The position numbers and the translations under genes are program-made. The notes beneath the pieces are model-generated. The model was not told the DNA's origin. It saw only the letters and a list, made by a program, of their open reading frames with translations, and did not search any database. DNA of 57,660 nucleotides, counting the filler, from Basidiobolus ranarum (Eukaryota), in NCBI GenBank assembly GCA_040143965.1. It is 6 parts of 6 records of this genome, joined end to end, with 100 filler letters (N's around TTAATTAATTAA, not from the genome) between each part and the next. Parts side by side here need not be neighbours in the genome. Positions count along the whole stretch, not along the records: positions 1 to 9,548 come from JASJQH010007686.1; positions 9,649 to 19,179 come from JASJQH010007687.1; 4 more parts are not named here. The stretch is one strand, 5' to 3'. Within the stretch, counting starts at the first letter, position 1, and each line of letters starts with the position of its first letter. Of the stretch, positions 1-13,175 are shown in pieces.

Positions 1-504
1 AGGTGCATGATTTCGAGGAATAGAAGTCGGGAGGATGGGTGAAGATCTGGTCGAAGGGCCCGAGCGGTGAGAGTACTGGCCTGATATATTGTGGATTCCA
101 TAATATCCATCGTCACTAAATGTCTCCGGATTTCGTGAAAAGTCGCCTGGATGGTATCTGGGATGGGAGAATCTTTGTGAGGAACTAAAACTCAAATGTG
201 AAGCAGTGTCACCACCAATACTGCTATTATCGTGGAAAGAGTCAGTTTCACTTAATCTATCAGCGAGACTACAATCATATTCCTCCTCCTCTTCCTCCTC
301 ATCGGTCCAATAAAACTCAGGAAAAGGGTCGGCTATATCCACCATCTCAATAACTGGCGGAACCGAACCAAAGTTAAACTCGGATACTTCAATTGGACCC
401 AAGAAAGATGGTCGTTTAACTTTACTGAAGAAATTATTGAACTTCTCTTGCACGCTTGAGGCTATTTCACCATCAAGTTTTTCCCAGAAGATTTCAAATG
501 ACAT
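1..504 (-). CDS. MDM12: ERMES subunit Mdm12 (SMP domain), 5' part; runs off window start
   Basis: Manual translation from ATG at 504: MSFEIFWEKLDGEIASSVQEKFNNFFSKVKRPSFLGPIEVSEFNFGSVPPVIEMVDIADPFPEFYWTDEEEE, the characteristic Mdm12 N-terminus followed by an acidic insert. Not in the ORF track. Confidence 0.85.
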   Translation of the reverse strand, partial: MSFEIFWEKLDGEIASSVQEKFNNFFSKVKRPSFLGPIEVSEFNFGSVPPVIEMVDIADPFPEFYWTDEEEEEEEYDCSLADRLSETDSFHDNSSIGGDTASHLSFSSSQRFSHPRYHPGDFSRNPETFSDDGYYGIHNISGQYSHRSGPSTRSSPILPTSIPRNHAP

Positions 505-815
505 GGATCTTAGGTAAGGTTTTGCCTTGTCAATAGAAACTACCAAAGCAATCCAAGTTAAGCAGCCTCTTTTGAAATGGTATAGAACTCTATTGATTTA
601 TCCTATAAACTAAAAATAATATCAAGCAAATCTTAGCTCACTTACAAACCACAGTGGAAAAAAAATTGGAATATTAAAATTTTCCAATGGAAATCAAATG
701 TTAGCCAACCAGAAACAAAGGAGCAGATCGGAAACTAGTTTGATAACATACAATGGGTTGTGCCTTTACTTCTTTCTCTCCTCTCATCCATTGACGAAAG
801 TTTCACATTTCCACA

Positions 816-1717
816 ATGGTACGTATGATTTAACAAGTTTGCCGGAGGATCTATCATTATTATAGATGGATGGTGACTGTTCGTTATGGATACGAGACTC
901 ATCATTTTCACCGTTAATTATGTAGGCTCGCGGACCTAGAAAACATTTGAAGCGTCTTAATGCTCCCAAGCATTGGATGTTGGATAAACTTACTGGTACC
1001 TACGCTCCTAGACCTTCAGCTGGACCTCACAAGCTCAGAGAATGCCTTCCCTTGGTAATCTTCTTGAGAAACAGATTGAAGTACGCTCTCACCAAGAAGG
1101 AAGTTCAAAGCATTCTCATGCAACGTCTTGTTAAGGTCGATGGCAAAGTTCGCACTGATACCACTTATCCTTCTGGTTTCATGGATGTTATCTCCATTGA
1201 GCAGACTGGTGAACATTTCCGTCTCGTTTATGACACCAAGGGACGTTTCACCGTTCACAGAATCACTGGTGAGGAAGCTAGCTACAAGCTATGCAAGGTC
1301 AAGAAGGTTCAAATTGGCGCCAAAGGCATTCCCTTTGTCATTACCCATGATGGACGTACACTTCGTTACCCCGATCCCCTCGTAAAAGCCAACGATACCA
1401 TCAAGCTCGACCTTGAGACTGGTAAAATGACCGACTTCGTCAAGTTTGATGTTGGTAATGTTGCCATGATTACTGGTGGTCGTAACATGGGTCGTGTTGG
1501 TATTATCACTCATCGTGAAAAGCATCATGGTGGTTTTGATATTGTTCACGTCAAGGATGTCTTGGACCGTCAATTCGCCACACGTATGTCTAACGTATTC
1601 GTTATTGGTGAGAACAACAAGCCCTGGATTAGCTTACCCAAGAACAAGGGAGTCAAACTTACCATTACTGAAGAGCGTGACCGTAGAAGAGAGAAACAAT
1701 TAGCTGGTTCCGCTTAG
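816..1717 (+). CDS. RPS4: 40S ribosomal protein S4 (eS4); join(816..818,926..1717)
   Basis: ATG then GTACGT...TGTAG intron gives [23 protein letters not shown]..., the canonical eS4 sequence. Confidence 0.98.
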
Positions 1718-2018
1718 GTTGTAGATTTTCTTGCCATCAGCTTCCAATAATATGTTTTGATAATGCAGTTTCTCCGTACAATAAAACCATAGTTATTTCA
1801 ATATTTAAAATAAATCTCACCATTGTATGTATCTCAAAGATGACTCAATCTGACATTTTCTCTACCATGTGTGATTCATATACAAGCCAACAATCATGGA
1901 ACGATTTTGGCTCCATTCTCGGTGCTGCGTAAATGCAATTTCGTACAAAATCCTAAATGGCAATCTAAAATTAATAACATTTCGAATCTTCCTCAGAAAT
2001 TCTTGTTTACTTCATACC

Positions 2019-3548
2019 ATGAGCGATAGCTACACTCTACATATTCCCAACAATGGTGAAAAGAGTATATTGAATGTATTTGACTTTGACAATACTTTAT
2101 TCCGCTCGCCCATACCTAATCCAAAACTATGGGACTCCTCATTGCTTGGTCCGTTAACTGCGTTTCAACAAATTAATAACGGTTGGTGGCATGATATAAG
2201 GAGTTTACAGCTGGGTGAGGAAGTTGAGAATAGTATGTGGGAAGGATGGTGGATTGAGGATGTGGTAATTATTTTCAATACTTTATTTACTTACTTCAAC
2301 ATATTTATTTTGTTGCTTTAATAGGTGAGCAAGGTCCGTCAATCAATGGAAGATCCTCAAAGTCTTACGGTTCTCTTGACAGGAAGAGTACGGGATATAT
2401 TTGAAGACCAAATATTGAGAATGGTTGCTTCTAAAGGGCTGATATTTGATCTAGTTATCTTGAAGTATCCTATACATTATGATCAAGTTCGACTTTCTGG
2501 CGAAGAATCCCACTCTACTACAAGCTTTAAAAAATCAATTGTGGAGGGGATCATCACTCAAAACCCTAGTATAAAGCATGTGCATATGTGGGAAGATAGA
2601 CCAACCCATGTTCTGAAGTTTCGAGAGGCGATAGCTGAAATGATTGCTTGTGGGAGAATACAAAACGGGTCAGTGATTCAAGTGCTGGACCCACCCTCGT
2701 ATATGCCTGAATCGGTTGAAAAAAGAACGGTTTTTGATATGGTCAATGAACATAATAGTTTTGCAGAGGACTGGCTTAAAGTGAACTTCAATAAGCAATT
2801 GCCTGCTGGTGCTCAAATACCCAAAAAAATAGAATTGAACACTCATGTGAAGTATACTGGTGTATTTTTCTCTCAAGATATTACCGACTTCATACTGGAC
2901 AGATACTTGCCACTATTGACAAATGATGTTAATATTTCACATTGGACTGTCTCCGCTGACCATGTCACCATGTGTTTGTTTCGATGCCCGGAACCGATGT
3001 TAGATAAAAGCGGAGGAATAGGAGCTTTGGTTTATGTAAAAGTTTTGGCTATTGGCCAATATGAGAATCGGGTTTGGGCTCTTAAAGTTGGTGAAGTCTC
3101 TATGCCAGATGAAAATACAGAATGTTGCGACAATATACCGACAAATACTCAAGAGTCTTGCGCAAACATCGGCCATTTGGTATCAAATAACCCCATACCG
3201 CACATAACTGTAGTATACGATCAAACACAAGGAGCAAAAGCAAATGAAAGCAATCTAATCACTGACTGGCGAGACTTACCTCCCAGCAAGCAGCACATAC
3301 TCGGAGGGACTATTCAGGAAAAAATAATTACAGGCATCAAAAAGGCACCCTCCCCCCCTCCTCCAACCAAAGCGGCAGTAAGTTTGGGTACTCTTATCAA
3401 GCAACACTACCCTGAAATTAAGGGGCCAGAAATAGGGAAGATGGTCAAGTTTGTGCAGTTACGGATGTCTGAATCTGGAATCACCAACTCTAAAGATAAT
3501 GAAGATAGAATCACTACACTTATTGTTACAGCTCCAGCTATGGAATAG
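2019..3548 (+). CDS. HAD-superfamily 'Swiss Army Knife' RNA-repair-like phosphatase with C-terminal 2H-phosphoesterase-like region; join(2019..2264,2325..3548)
   Basis: HAD motif I VFDFDNTLFRSP, motif II LLTGR, motif IV WEDR; later HVT and PHIT motifs; phase-0 GTAATT...ATAG intron joins the two ORFs. Confidence 0.8.
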
Positions 3549-3696
3549 CCACGACAAATAAAATCATCATCGTTCAAAATAATAGCAGTGAAGGGGGTTC
3601 AATTTGGAGCAAAAATAACGAAGGGAAACATACGATTGATGTAATGTGTGGATGTCTTTTATTAGATAGTATAGCATAGTAAAACATATAAGATGT

Positions 3697-4216
3697 TTAC
3701 AAACGACGACCACGACGACCACCCTTTCTACGAGTGCTATCGGTGGGGATAGGAGTAACATCCTCAATACGACCAATTCTCATACCAGCTCTGGCCAAAG
3801 CACGGAGAGCAGATTGGGCTCCGGGGCCGGGGGTCTTGGGACCATTACCACCAGTGGCACGAATCTTGATATGAAGAGCAGTGATACCGAGTTCCTTACA
3901 ACGAACAGCAACATCTTGGGCGGCCAACATAGCAGCGTAAGGAGAAGACTCATCACGATCAGCCTTAACCTTCATACCACCAGTAACACGAACCATAGTT
4001 TCACGGCCAGTTAAATCAGTAACGTGGACAAAGGTATCGTTGAAGGAGGCAAAGATGTGAGCAACACCGAAGACGAGTTCACCCTCACGAACTTGGGGGC
4101 CAAGGGATACGGTTTCTTGAACCTTGGTAACTTTTCCGGCTTTCTTAGACTAGAGAGTTGCAACAAGTCGTTAGTGAGTGTATATACAGATGAAACCAAG
4201 ATAATGAACTAACCAT
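3697..4216 (-). CDS. RPS14: 40S ribosomal protein S14 (uS11); join(4214..4216,3697..4149)
   Basis: [21 protein letters not shown]...[19 protein letters not shown]...[20 protein letters not shown] intron with CTAAC branch point. Confidence 0.97.
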
Positions 4217-4622
4217 GCTGAAGGATGGACGGATGAAAGGTCAAGCCTAATGATGGATTCGACCAAAAATGCAAGAGGAAGTGACAATAATCGATCCGAG
4301 TGTTGTTAAACTATCGAATGGTCATGATCAGAGACAGGGGACTGAATAAAAAAAATCCAAATCAGATTGTTGTCATTAACCAAACTAACTTTGCTAGAGT
4401 GGCAACTCGTGCTTAATCAACTAGTTATCCACATTAACATTAACAGGGCTAGCACAATCATATGCACAGTTATACAAGATATGAAAATTTTATTTGATCT
4501 AGCAGTTGATTGGGTATACCAGGGGTAGATTGAAAGTCCCAACAGAAGTCGAATAAAATATGTTAGCTAGGAGGTAGAAGCGTTCTTTCTCGTTACCGCT
4601 TAAGTCGCACGGTCTATCCACA

Positions 4623-4887
4623 ATGGTCGGTATCTCATCCATTTGTAAATTCTTTAATAATGCAGCGTAGTAACCTCATATTGTAGGAAAAACAAGCCCC
4701 CGTTAAGCACGCTAAGGTTATCAAGGTTCTCGGCCGTACCGGCTCCCGTGGTGGTGTCACCCAAGTTCGTGTTGAATTCATGGATGATACTTCTCGTTCC
4801 ATCATCCGTAACGTAAAGGGACCCGTCCGTGAGAACGATATCTTGGTTCTTATGGAATCCGAGCGTGAAGCTAGACGTCTTCGTTAA
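4623..4887 (+). CDS. RPS28: 40S ribosomal protein S28 (eS28); join(4623..4625,4687..4887)
   Basis: Manual translation [67 protein letters not shown]; absent from the ORF track. Confidence 0.97.
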
Positions 4888-5643
4888 GAGCCTCCCTTGC
4901 TGAAGCCACTAAATCGGGCTTTCATGTATGCCCATATTTGAGCACATTGTCAATAAAAGTAACGGACGCCTGTAAGCGCTGCCTTTCTTCTATTTAAACC
5001 CAGAGTGAACTTGGAAACGGTTCTGTTAGTCATTACCTTGCACACTATCAAGTCGCATTTTTCTATTGTAAATTAGTGATTCTGTCGACTCGGTTTGAAA
5101 ATCTTTGAAAGTTTAGGCGGGGAATTGACTTTTTTTTGGCAGCATTCGTAGTATTGAGTACACAAGTGCAAGATGATGGAAGTGGCTAAAAGCATCGCGA
5201 TGATTGTTTGCTGAACATCGATGCAACTTGGGTGTCAAGCGGGGAAATTCCTCCAAAATTATCGCTTTCAAGACATCCAAGTTTCTATGCTGAAATAGCA
5301 GCTTAGATCGCCAATCGACTTGCTGCGTCATTTCATAATGGGTCTGCGTTGTTCTTGTGATCAGCTCATTATTTTGGAATATGAATTTTATTCTTAGCAT
5401 TATGAGTAAAATTCATAATAATCAAGATCAAATGATATGATTATTTCCAGATTAGTTCCATCTGACCAACCATAAATTCGCAGTCAAACTAGAGCTAATC
5501 TAACAATACGTTTGATAAACGTCGGTTTTTCAAGGCGTCAAAATACTGTAATGTTACTAAACTTCCATTTAGCAATAATAGCACTTTTCCACCTCTAACT
5601 ATACAAAACCATACAGTACGTGACTCAACATTCGTCTCTCGCA

Positions 5644-7466
5644 ATGAATCTAAGCCGTCCTTCTCCTTCCTCCTCTCCTACCGATGCACCTAATCTGCTC
5701 TATGCTGGTTTCAATCAGGACTATGGCTGTTTCGCTGTTGGTTTGAAAAATGGCTTTCGTATTTACAATTGTGATCCACTAAAGGAAAAAATGAGAAAAG
5801 GTACGTGATCAAGTATCCCTCTTACTTATTACCACTGAGATGAATCTCTTTTTTAGAGTTTGACGATGGTGGATTAGGAATTGTTGAGATGCTGTTTCGT
5901 TGTAATTACTTGGCACTTGTTGGCGGTGGAAAAAATCCCAAATACTCTCCTAATAAAGTCATAATTTGGGATGATTTAAAGGGAAAGGGAATAATCGAAC
6001 TGGAATTTCGAAGTGAGGTGAAGAATGTAAAGCTTCGCAGAGACAGGTATTAACTTTCTTTTGTACAGTTTCATACCGCTTTCTAATGCCGTGCTATATA
6101 ATATCAGGATTGTAATCGTTTTGGGAAACAAAGTGTTTGTTTATACTTTTAGCGCTTCACCACAGAAACTTCAAGTGTACGAAACAACTGATAATGAGAA
6201 AGGTTACCAGAGTTTACCTTTATTAATTGTGCCAAATAATGTTCTCACTAGTTATTAGGCCTGGCCGCATTATCGCCTGGTACAAATTCTTCTATTCTTG
6301 CCTTTCCTGGTCGCCAGCCAGGATATGTACAAATAGTGGATTTAAACACTTTGGTTCCAACTACAGTTTCAACTGCGTTGCCAGGATCCTCAGGTGGACC
6401 ATCTTCGCCGGGAAAGATACCTAATCTTGCGGCCAATCATAGAAATTCTATATCCTCACCTCATATGGTATCCAACATACCTAATAATCAGTCCGTTAAA
6501 TTTGGATCTCCGAATGTTGCGAGATTTTCTAATACCACTTCACATAACACTACCACAACTAGTACTTTGACGTCTAATGTTAGTATCATAGCCGCGCACA
6601 CCACAACGCTGAGTAGTTTGGCAATCAGTCTCGATGGGACAAAAGTAGCGACAGCCAGTGTCAAGGTACTGTGACGCATTTCAGGCAATAGTAAAGTAGC
6701 CAGCGCTTACATGTCTTTAGGGAACGTTGATTCGAGTTTTTGATTCTTCATCCGGAAAACTGTTGAACGAACTAAGAAGAGGGTTTGATCGCGCAGAAAT
6801 ATATAGGTTGGGTTGTTCAATTGCATTGAATCTAGCTATAGCTTTTACTGATCTTGTGTTTCCAGTATCGCTTTCAGCCACGATGGAGCTCGACTATGCG
6901 TTTCTTCTGACAAAGGAACCGTACACATATTTAACCTCGAATTCGATTATGACTCTATCGAGAAGGCTGAGGGTGGAATATCTCCGTATTACGGAATGCT
7001 CAATATCAGGTACTCACACGACATAATATTCTACAACTGGCTCTTATTTATGACTTCTGTTTTACAGAGAACCCATGACACACTCTTCCACAACAGGGAA
7101 CCGATTATCCAGGCAAGTACTTGATCATTCTTATGGTTGACCACTGCTAATGCAGCCCTCATTTCATTAGTTTTTCGTTCATGAAAGATTTACTTCCCAA
7201 ATACTTCTCCTCCGAATGGAGTTTTGCTCATTTTCACGTTGCGACGGAAGGGCGATGCATCTGCGGATTTGGTTCCGAAAAAAACACTATCATTGGTAAG
7301 AAGAGCGTTTGTCACCTGATACCCATGTATTCTATCTAAACCTTTGACTATGGCAGCTATATGTGCCGATGGAAGCTGTTACAAGTTTTCTTTTGATCTC
7401 CGTAAAGGAGGGGAATGTGTACGAGAATCATACATCAAGTTTCTCAAGCAAGTCGAGGAAGATTAG
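5644..7466 (+). CDS. HSV2: PROPPIN WD40 phosphoinositide-binding autophagy protein, Hsv2/WIPI3-4 type (multi-exon)
   Basis: [11 protein letters not shown]...[29 protein letters not shown]...ATASVKGTLIRVF...ELRRG (LRRG is typical of Hsv2/WDR45), [12 protein letters not shown]; several GT-AG introns. Confidence 0.88.
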
Positions 7467-8199
7467 CAATAAAGCCTGGCTAATTGAATGTATGATCCGC
7501 AATGCAACTACCTATATTGGAACTTTCCACCACACCATAATTGTACCTCCATTGAACTCGCTATTTATTCACAACAGTTAAAGTCATAGTAGTCGCGTAT
7601 AGTTACTTCTATACACACATGTTCAAACTTATCCTGAGAATTTGAAGATTTTTGAATTGGATTTATTTTCTAGAATGACTACGTAGCACTAAAATATCTA
7701 TCTCATCACGATTAAAGTTTCAATCCAATGGAATGGTAATAAATTGTTGGAACCAACTATTGAACAGTAAGCAGAGTAGATTTTGGTCAGCTCTGCTTCT
7801 TTGAGTTCTATTTTTTCTTCAAGCCATCCTAAAGGTAAGCTATTGGATCTCTATGTGTGCACTCAGTTTTATTACCAACTCAATCTTGATGATTAATACA
7901 TCAAAGCCAAGAATATATTCCCCAGTTTAATGGCTAATACCTAGAAGTGCCATTTGAAAGTTTTATTCAGATACTGTAGGAGCTCTGATTAGCTAGTCTC
8001 TACCAAATTTACTAACTGATTATGTGAACAAAAATAGAAGTGTCAAGCTTTATGCAAGACACTTGATCAATATGAATTTTGAAAAACATTTGCTGATCTT
8101 GAATCTATTCTGCAACTTGAGATTATAGCTTGAGGTAAATCAAAATTGTAACATACATTGGAGTTGTTGGGAAAAGCAGCATTTTGTAACCAGTCTATG

Positions 8200-8912
8200 A
8201 AAAACCATCAATTTTTTCTAGTTCCTATAGCCACTTCCAACAACTCCCAAAATATTTCAACAGGTTATGAGCTCTGAGCTTCCACTCTCTGTAAAGTCTT
8301 CATCTCAGATCTCTGGATCTTTCCCTTCCTCTGAAAAATTGGATGGAATCAATTATCAAGTTTGGAAATTTTTGATGAAAATGCTGCTACAGGAAAAGGA
8401 CTTTGAGATACTGTTGTAGGCAAAGAAAAGCATGCAAAGCTGTCCCAAACCATGTTTCACTCCAGGTTAAAAAAGAACAAAGTACCGTTAGTACCATTAT
8501 TCTTAATGTTAGACAAATTACTAATTCAATGCTCAGAAGCCAAGACTGCCAAAAATTTGGGAAAGCCTGGGAAGACATCTATGTAGCGCATTCTGCTACC
8601 AACAAGGTGTTTGCAAGATAATTCTAAACTTTAAAATGAAGTTAGGATAAATCATAGAATCACTAATCAATAGCCACTATTTGTAGAAATTAGCATTGCC
8701 CAAATACTTATGTAGTTATAGGTAGCTTAGTATGTAGTGATTCTATGTTTCATTAATATATAACCTACTATTCTCAATTGGAAGTTTTTTAGAATGTTCT
8801 TACTAATATAACAAAGCTTCTCAGATATATAAATTTGCCACACTTGTACTAGAAGTCTCAGACCTGGTAAACATGTTTTTTGGACCTTTCTTAGCTAACT
8901 CTACATAGTTAT
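8200..8912 (+). mobile_element. Decayed Ty1/Copia 5' end: LTR tail (to 8262), PBS, gag fragment, then a truncated LTR (8682-8912)
   Basis: ...ttcaaCA followed by GGTTATGAGCTCT; gag-like EKLDGINYQVWKFLMKMLLQEK; 8682 onward matches the LTR at 49699. Confidence 0.75.
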
Positions 8913-9460
8913 TGTTAAGTATTTGGGAGCCTGTTGGAAGTGGTTTGGAGAATTAGAGGAATTGGTGGTTGTCACTTATTGATTGATTGAGTAGAAAGTT
9001 GACATTGATAGTTTTGTCAAGATGTAAGCAAACTAGCATAGAGAATATGTTAAGGAAGGTCCCAGAAACATGTGTGCAAAGTTAGGGGCTTCTAGCACAA
9101 GTTTGAAAAATCTGTATATCTAAGAACTTCTAAGGTGGTAAAAATATTCTAAGTAAATTCCAATTCAGAATAATGGATAATACCTTAGTGAATTATAAGA
9201 TAACTAAGTACTAAGCTATATATGAGATTATATAGGTTTTTAGGCAATGTTAATTTCAACACTCTCCCTCAACTAAATAGTCATATAAACTAATCCTTAT
9301 AAAGGTCAAAGTTTCTCAAATTTCTGTTTAGCTAATGTTTTGGTTAATATATCAGCAACCATATCTTCTGTAGAGCAATAAGTTAACTTAATAAATATAT
9401 TCTCTATAGTCTCTCTAATGAAGTGATCTCTAATATCTCTGTTGGAGGATCTTGACATAA
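8913..9460 (-). mobile_element. Copia 3' end: RNase H tail, polypurine tract (9262-9272) and full LTR (8913-9261)
   Basis: HFIRE...YCSTEDMVADILTK; reverse complement of ~49500-50037; TG...CA ends. Confidence 0.88.
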
Positions 9461-9548
9461 TGGGGTAGACTTTGAGTATTAGAAGCAACTTATGATAGTG
9501 TGTTTTAGTTACTTTATTCTTAAGAGTATATGGTGACTTATATAGTAG

Positions 9549-9648
9549 NNNNNNNNNNNNNNNNNNNNNNNNNNNNNNNNNNNNNNNNNNNNTTAATTAA
9601 TTAANNNNNNNNNNNNNNNNNNNNNNNNNNNNNNNNNNNNNNNNNNNN
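9549..9648. other. Artificial contig spacer
   Basis: N44-TTAATTAATTAA-N44 (stops in all six frames). Confidence 0.98.
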
Positions 9649-9894
9649 CGTCTTACCTTGACTCCTTTGGTTGTCAAGAGCCTTCCCCGTTCTGTCGGCT
9701 CCGGCGCTCTCAAGAAGGCTATCGAGAAGCAAGAAATCGTTGCCACCTGGAACAAGACCACCTGGGCCCAAAAGCTTGATGCTCGTCAAAAGCGTGCCGC
9801 TTTGACCGATTTCGATCGTTTCAAGCTTATGAAGTTGAGAAAGCAACGTCGTAACATCGTTGGTAAGCAAATTGCTGTTCTCAAGAAGAATTAA
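9649..9894 (+). CDS. RPL14: 60S ribosomal protein L14 (eL14), C-terminal part; 5' end cut by contig edge
   Basis: LTLTPLVVKSLPR...WNKTTWAQKLDARQKRAALTDFDRFKLMKLRKQR. Confidence 0.95.
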   Translation, partial: RLTLTPLVVKSLPRSVGSGALKKAIEKQEIVATWNKTTWAQKLDARQKRAALTDFDRFKLMKLRKQRRNIVGKQIAVLKKN

Positions 9895-12800
9895 ATAATT
9901 TACTTCCCCTTCATTATCGTCTGACGAACAATTCACTAAACTAAATAAACGGTTTAATCGGACTGTATATTGGTGTTTATCAATCATTTCTTGGCTGTTG
10001 ACGTGAGGGAGAACAATGGATGGGTCATTTATTTAATAGATTGAACGATTTATTTCACCTTCACACTATCGATCATCAATATGCGGATTAGTTCTACTGA
10101 GTGTTTGATTTGATGGGAGATAAGAATAGTAGTTTGTGTGATTGATACTGTTCTAGTTAGTGTATATCTCGTCTCAACTATGTGTGATGTGATGTGATAC
10201 TCACTCACAGATATCGACCGAGTTACTAAGCTCTCCGATGAAGACACAGAGCTTTGAATGTTTGTTAGGTAATTTAGTAATGTTGGAGACCTTGCATGCG
10301 TGAGATTTGATTACTAATCAGAATGCCCACAAAAAAGATATCTAACATAGCAACTTCATCAGCAGTTTTAAGTTAGTAGTGGGAAACCTCTGAGTATCTC
10401 TAACCCGAAGTAAATTGTACAAAGACAATCATTCCCACCATTGCATGCAAAGTAGTTTTCTCAACACCGAAAATGGTAGTAAGTGATGAGTGGTAACTCG
10501 GTTAATTTATTCTAACCAAGTTAGGAAGTAATTCACATCCTCTGGTGTCGTTAGACAAGAACCTGTTGAGTATCACAGTTATTTTTAGATAGGAAGAATC
10601 CACTCGCAGTTATATGTAAGTGGCAGCAGAGTACGTTTCGCTACATTTCCACAATTCAAAGTTAATAATGTATATACTCCACGAATGAGCATGCTAGAAT
10701 CCCCTAATAATGAAGATCAAATACAATGTGTTCACTTTAGTGTTGATCCCAGAATGGCTACTAGTTAGTCATAATATATGAATTAAGTTGAAACCTGCTA
10801 GATCCTGGATTGGTTGCACACAAAAATATGCTCATTAACTTCATTAACCAATACCTACTGATGAATACTAAAGAAGCTCTGACTAGTATCAATCCTATTG
10901 GACTTGGTGTGGTTGGCGAGGAAGAAATCAAATATAATGCGAGTATAGGTTACTCAGCAGCTGAGAACTGAGCAATTATCTTCCAGATTTACTAGAACAC
11001 GTTTAAAGTCACAGATATGTTGGAAAATATATAATTCTGTGCGTTGGAAGAGCTTCAGATGTCGCCGCACATATACTTCTTTAACCTCTTTTTGGTGATC
11101 GATTATAAGCTAAGCCACATCGAGATTGCTCGATCAACCGATATAGATCACAAACTTGGTAGTATAAGATTCAAGTTGAATACTAGCCATTCATAGGTAA
11201 TTGGGAAGTTCCGAAAAATATCCAATTGGTGGTGATAAAAATAGTACAATGAAAAGCAACCTTTGAAACTGTCTGAATGAAAGCCAATCTTCGAGTCAGA
11301 AAGACAGTTTTTTAGGTTGCTTTGTTTATCATACAAGACTACTCCTTTCTATTATATAGCATATCATACAACACTACTCTTTTCTATTGGAAAATGATGT
11401 TCAAGAAAGTAATAGGAAGTTACTATCTTGCATTTGCTTGTTAAGTTCACATTTTTGCTTGCAGCGTCCTAATCAATCTAAACAGCCGTAGAATTCCGTA
11501 TGTAGTACCGTAGCCAAGGATATATATTACATTTCAGCCTTAGTGTCAAGATTGCCAGCTTAGTAATAAAGTGAAGATTAAATTGGGTTTGGCTTAGAAC
11601 ATTATTACCGCAAACGTGGGACAGTTTTTGGAATCAGCTGTTTAATATATTAAACATCTCATGCACCACTGAATACCCAATAAATGAAACGGTCTACATC
11701 TTAGTAATATATGGTACGGTTGGCGATACCTGATAGTCGATTATGCGTATTTTTAGCGATATCATGAAGAGATATCCCTTGAAATATTTACCCTAACCTT
11801 CTATGTCTTACTGTGAAGGTGCAGATTGGGTATCAATGTTCGATGTCGCTTCTTTTGTAGCACGTTGCATGTAATTTGCTTTCTTTCCCTGTTATGGAAG
11901 AGAGGTCGGATCTCTTCTGGGTCATCCAGGTTCGATATGTACAGTTACACATGTTCTAAAATGGATGGGGCTCTTCCTATTTCTCTGTTGCATGATATAA
12001 CTTGAGCTATTATCAATGTAGTGTGTATCAATGTGTCTTCCGAAATGCTCACTGACGAAGTCAACTAAATCAGTCCTCTGATTAATGCCAATTTCCTATT
12101 GTGATGACCGACTATGTTTCTTGGATAAATTGAAGCCGATTGCCGGTATATTTGCTAGGAGAGGAGTGCAAGTGAGTAAGCAAAGAGAGGGAGTTTTTCA
12201 GGATTTTGTCAAGTACTCGAGGGTTAATTCCACAGAGGGGTTATCGCTTACATCCTGTGCATTACCTCCTTCATTCAAGCAGATGGAAAGGGACATGATG
12301 TGCAGTAGCAATTTATTCGCCTTTTTCATACCATTTGATCATTGGATATCTCTCCTAATTACCGATCGTAATTTCTTAATGAATTTCTTTTTTTAACTTT
12401 GTACAAGTGTTGACGAAGTGGTACTAACATATGTAGAACAGTCGATGAAACATATTTGGTGTGCACCCCTACGTGCTCTTTTGCGTCAACAAAGCTCTTT
12501 TGCGCAGACCCGTGTTAGTGGACAATATTGGATAGAAACTATGTTTTACTTCCTTTCAAGACTATTGCAGGGTTAGGATTGGTTGAGGACTTGTGATATA
12601 GCATAAAAGCGAAGTAGGGGGAGAACTAAAAGTAGGGTTAGTACTGAGGTAATTATCCTTAAAAGGTAATTTCGACATAGCCATTTATAGATTGTGTTGG
12701 TCTGATAGAATTTCTATTAGAGTACTTGCGGATGATTTGTTGTTTCCCCCATTACCAAGAAAGGCGGTGTTTTATGTTGACTGTTTGTTGCCTCTCATAT

Positions 12801-13175
12801 GTGAAACTTTAAAATAACTATTAATACACATTGGTTGATTGATTCAATGATTAATCTGAACAGAAGACACGATCAAGTAGCGTACATTTGGAATAACAGT
12901 AAATATATGTCTAAAATAGAATCCATTCAATGAGCAAATTGTGGTGGGGGATGCTGCTTAATATGGTTGGATGGAGCAAGGTATCTTCTTCTCTAGTGCA
13001 CTTCCATCGTGTCACAATTGATAAAGCATCTTCATATAGATCTTAGGTGCCCATCGTAATCATATAAATTCTCTATTGCTGCCACCTGTTATCCCTCACA
13101 TTTTAAATATTCTTCTGCTCTCTTGTATTAATTAATCTCCTTCTTTTTGATCCACACACCATTTACTCACATACA

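Noticed and set aside
819-925. snoRNA in the RPS4 or RPS23 introns
   Set aside because: Short hairpins are present but I found no convincing C/D or H/ACA box arrangement
9593-9604. TTAATTAATTAA as a piggyBac TTAA target or regulatory site
   Set aside because: Identical in all five N gaps; it is a synthetic six-frame stop linker
10000-13100. Short ORFs in long intergenic tracts (also 13900-16700, 43700-46100, 53600-55100)
   Set aside because: No recognisable domains, codon bias or consistent splice structure
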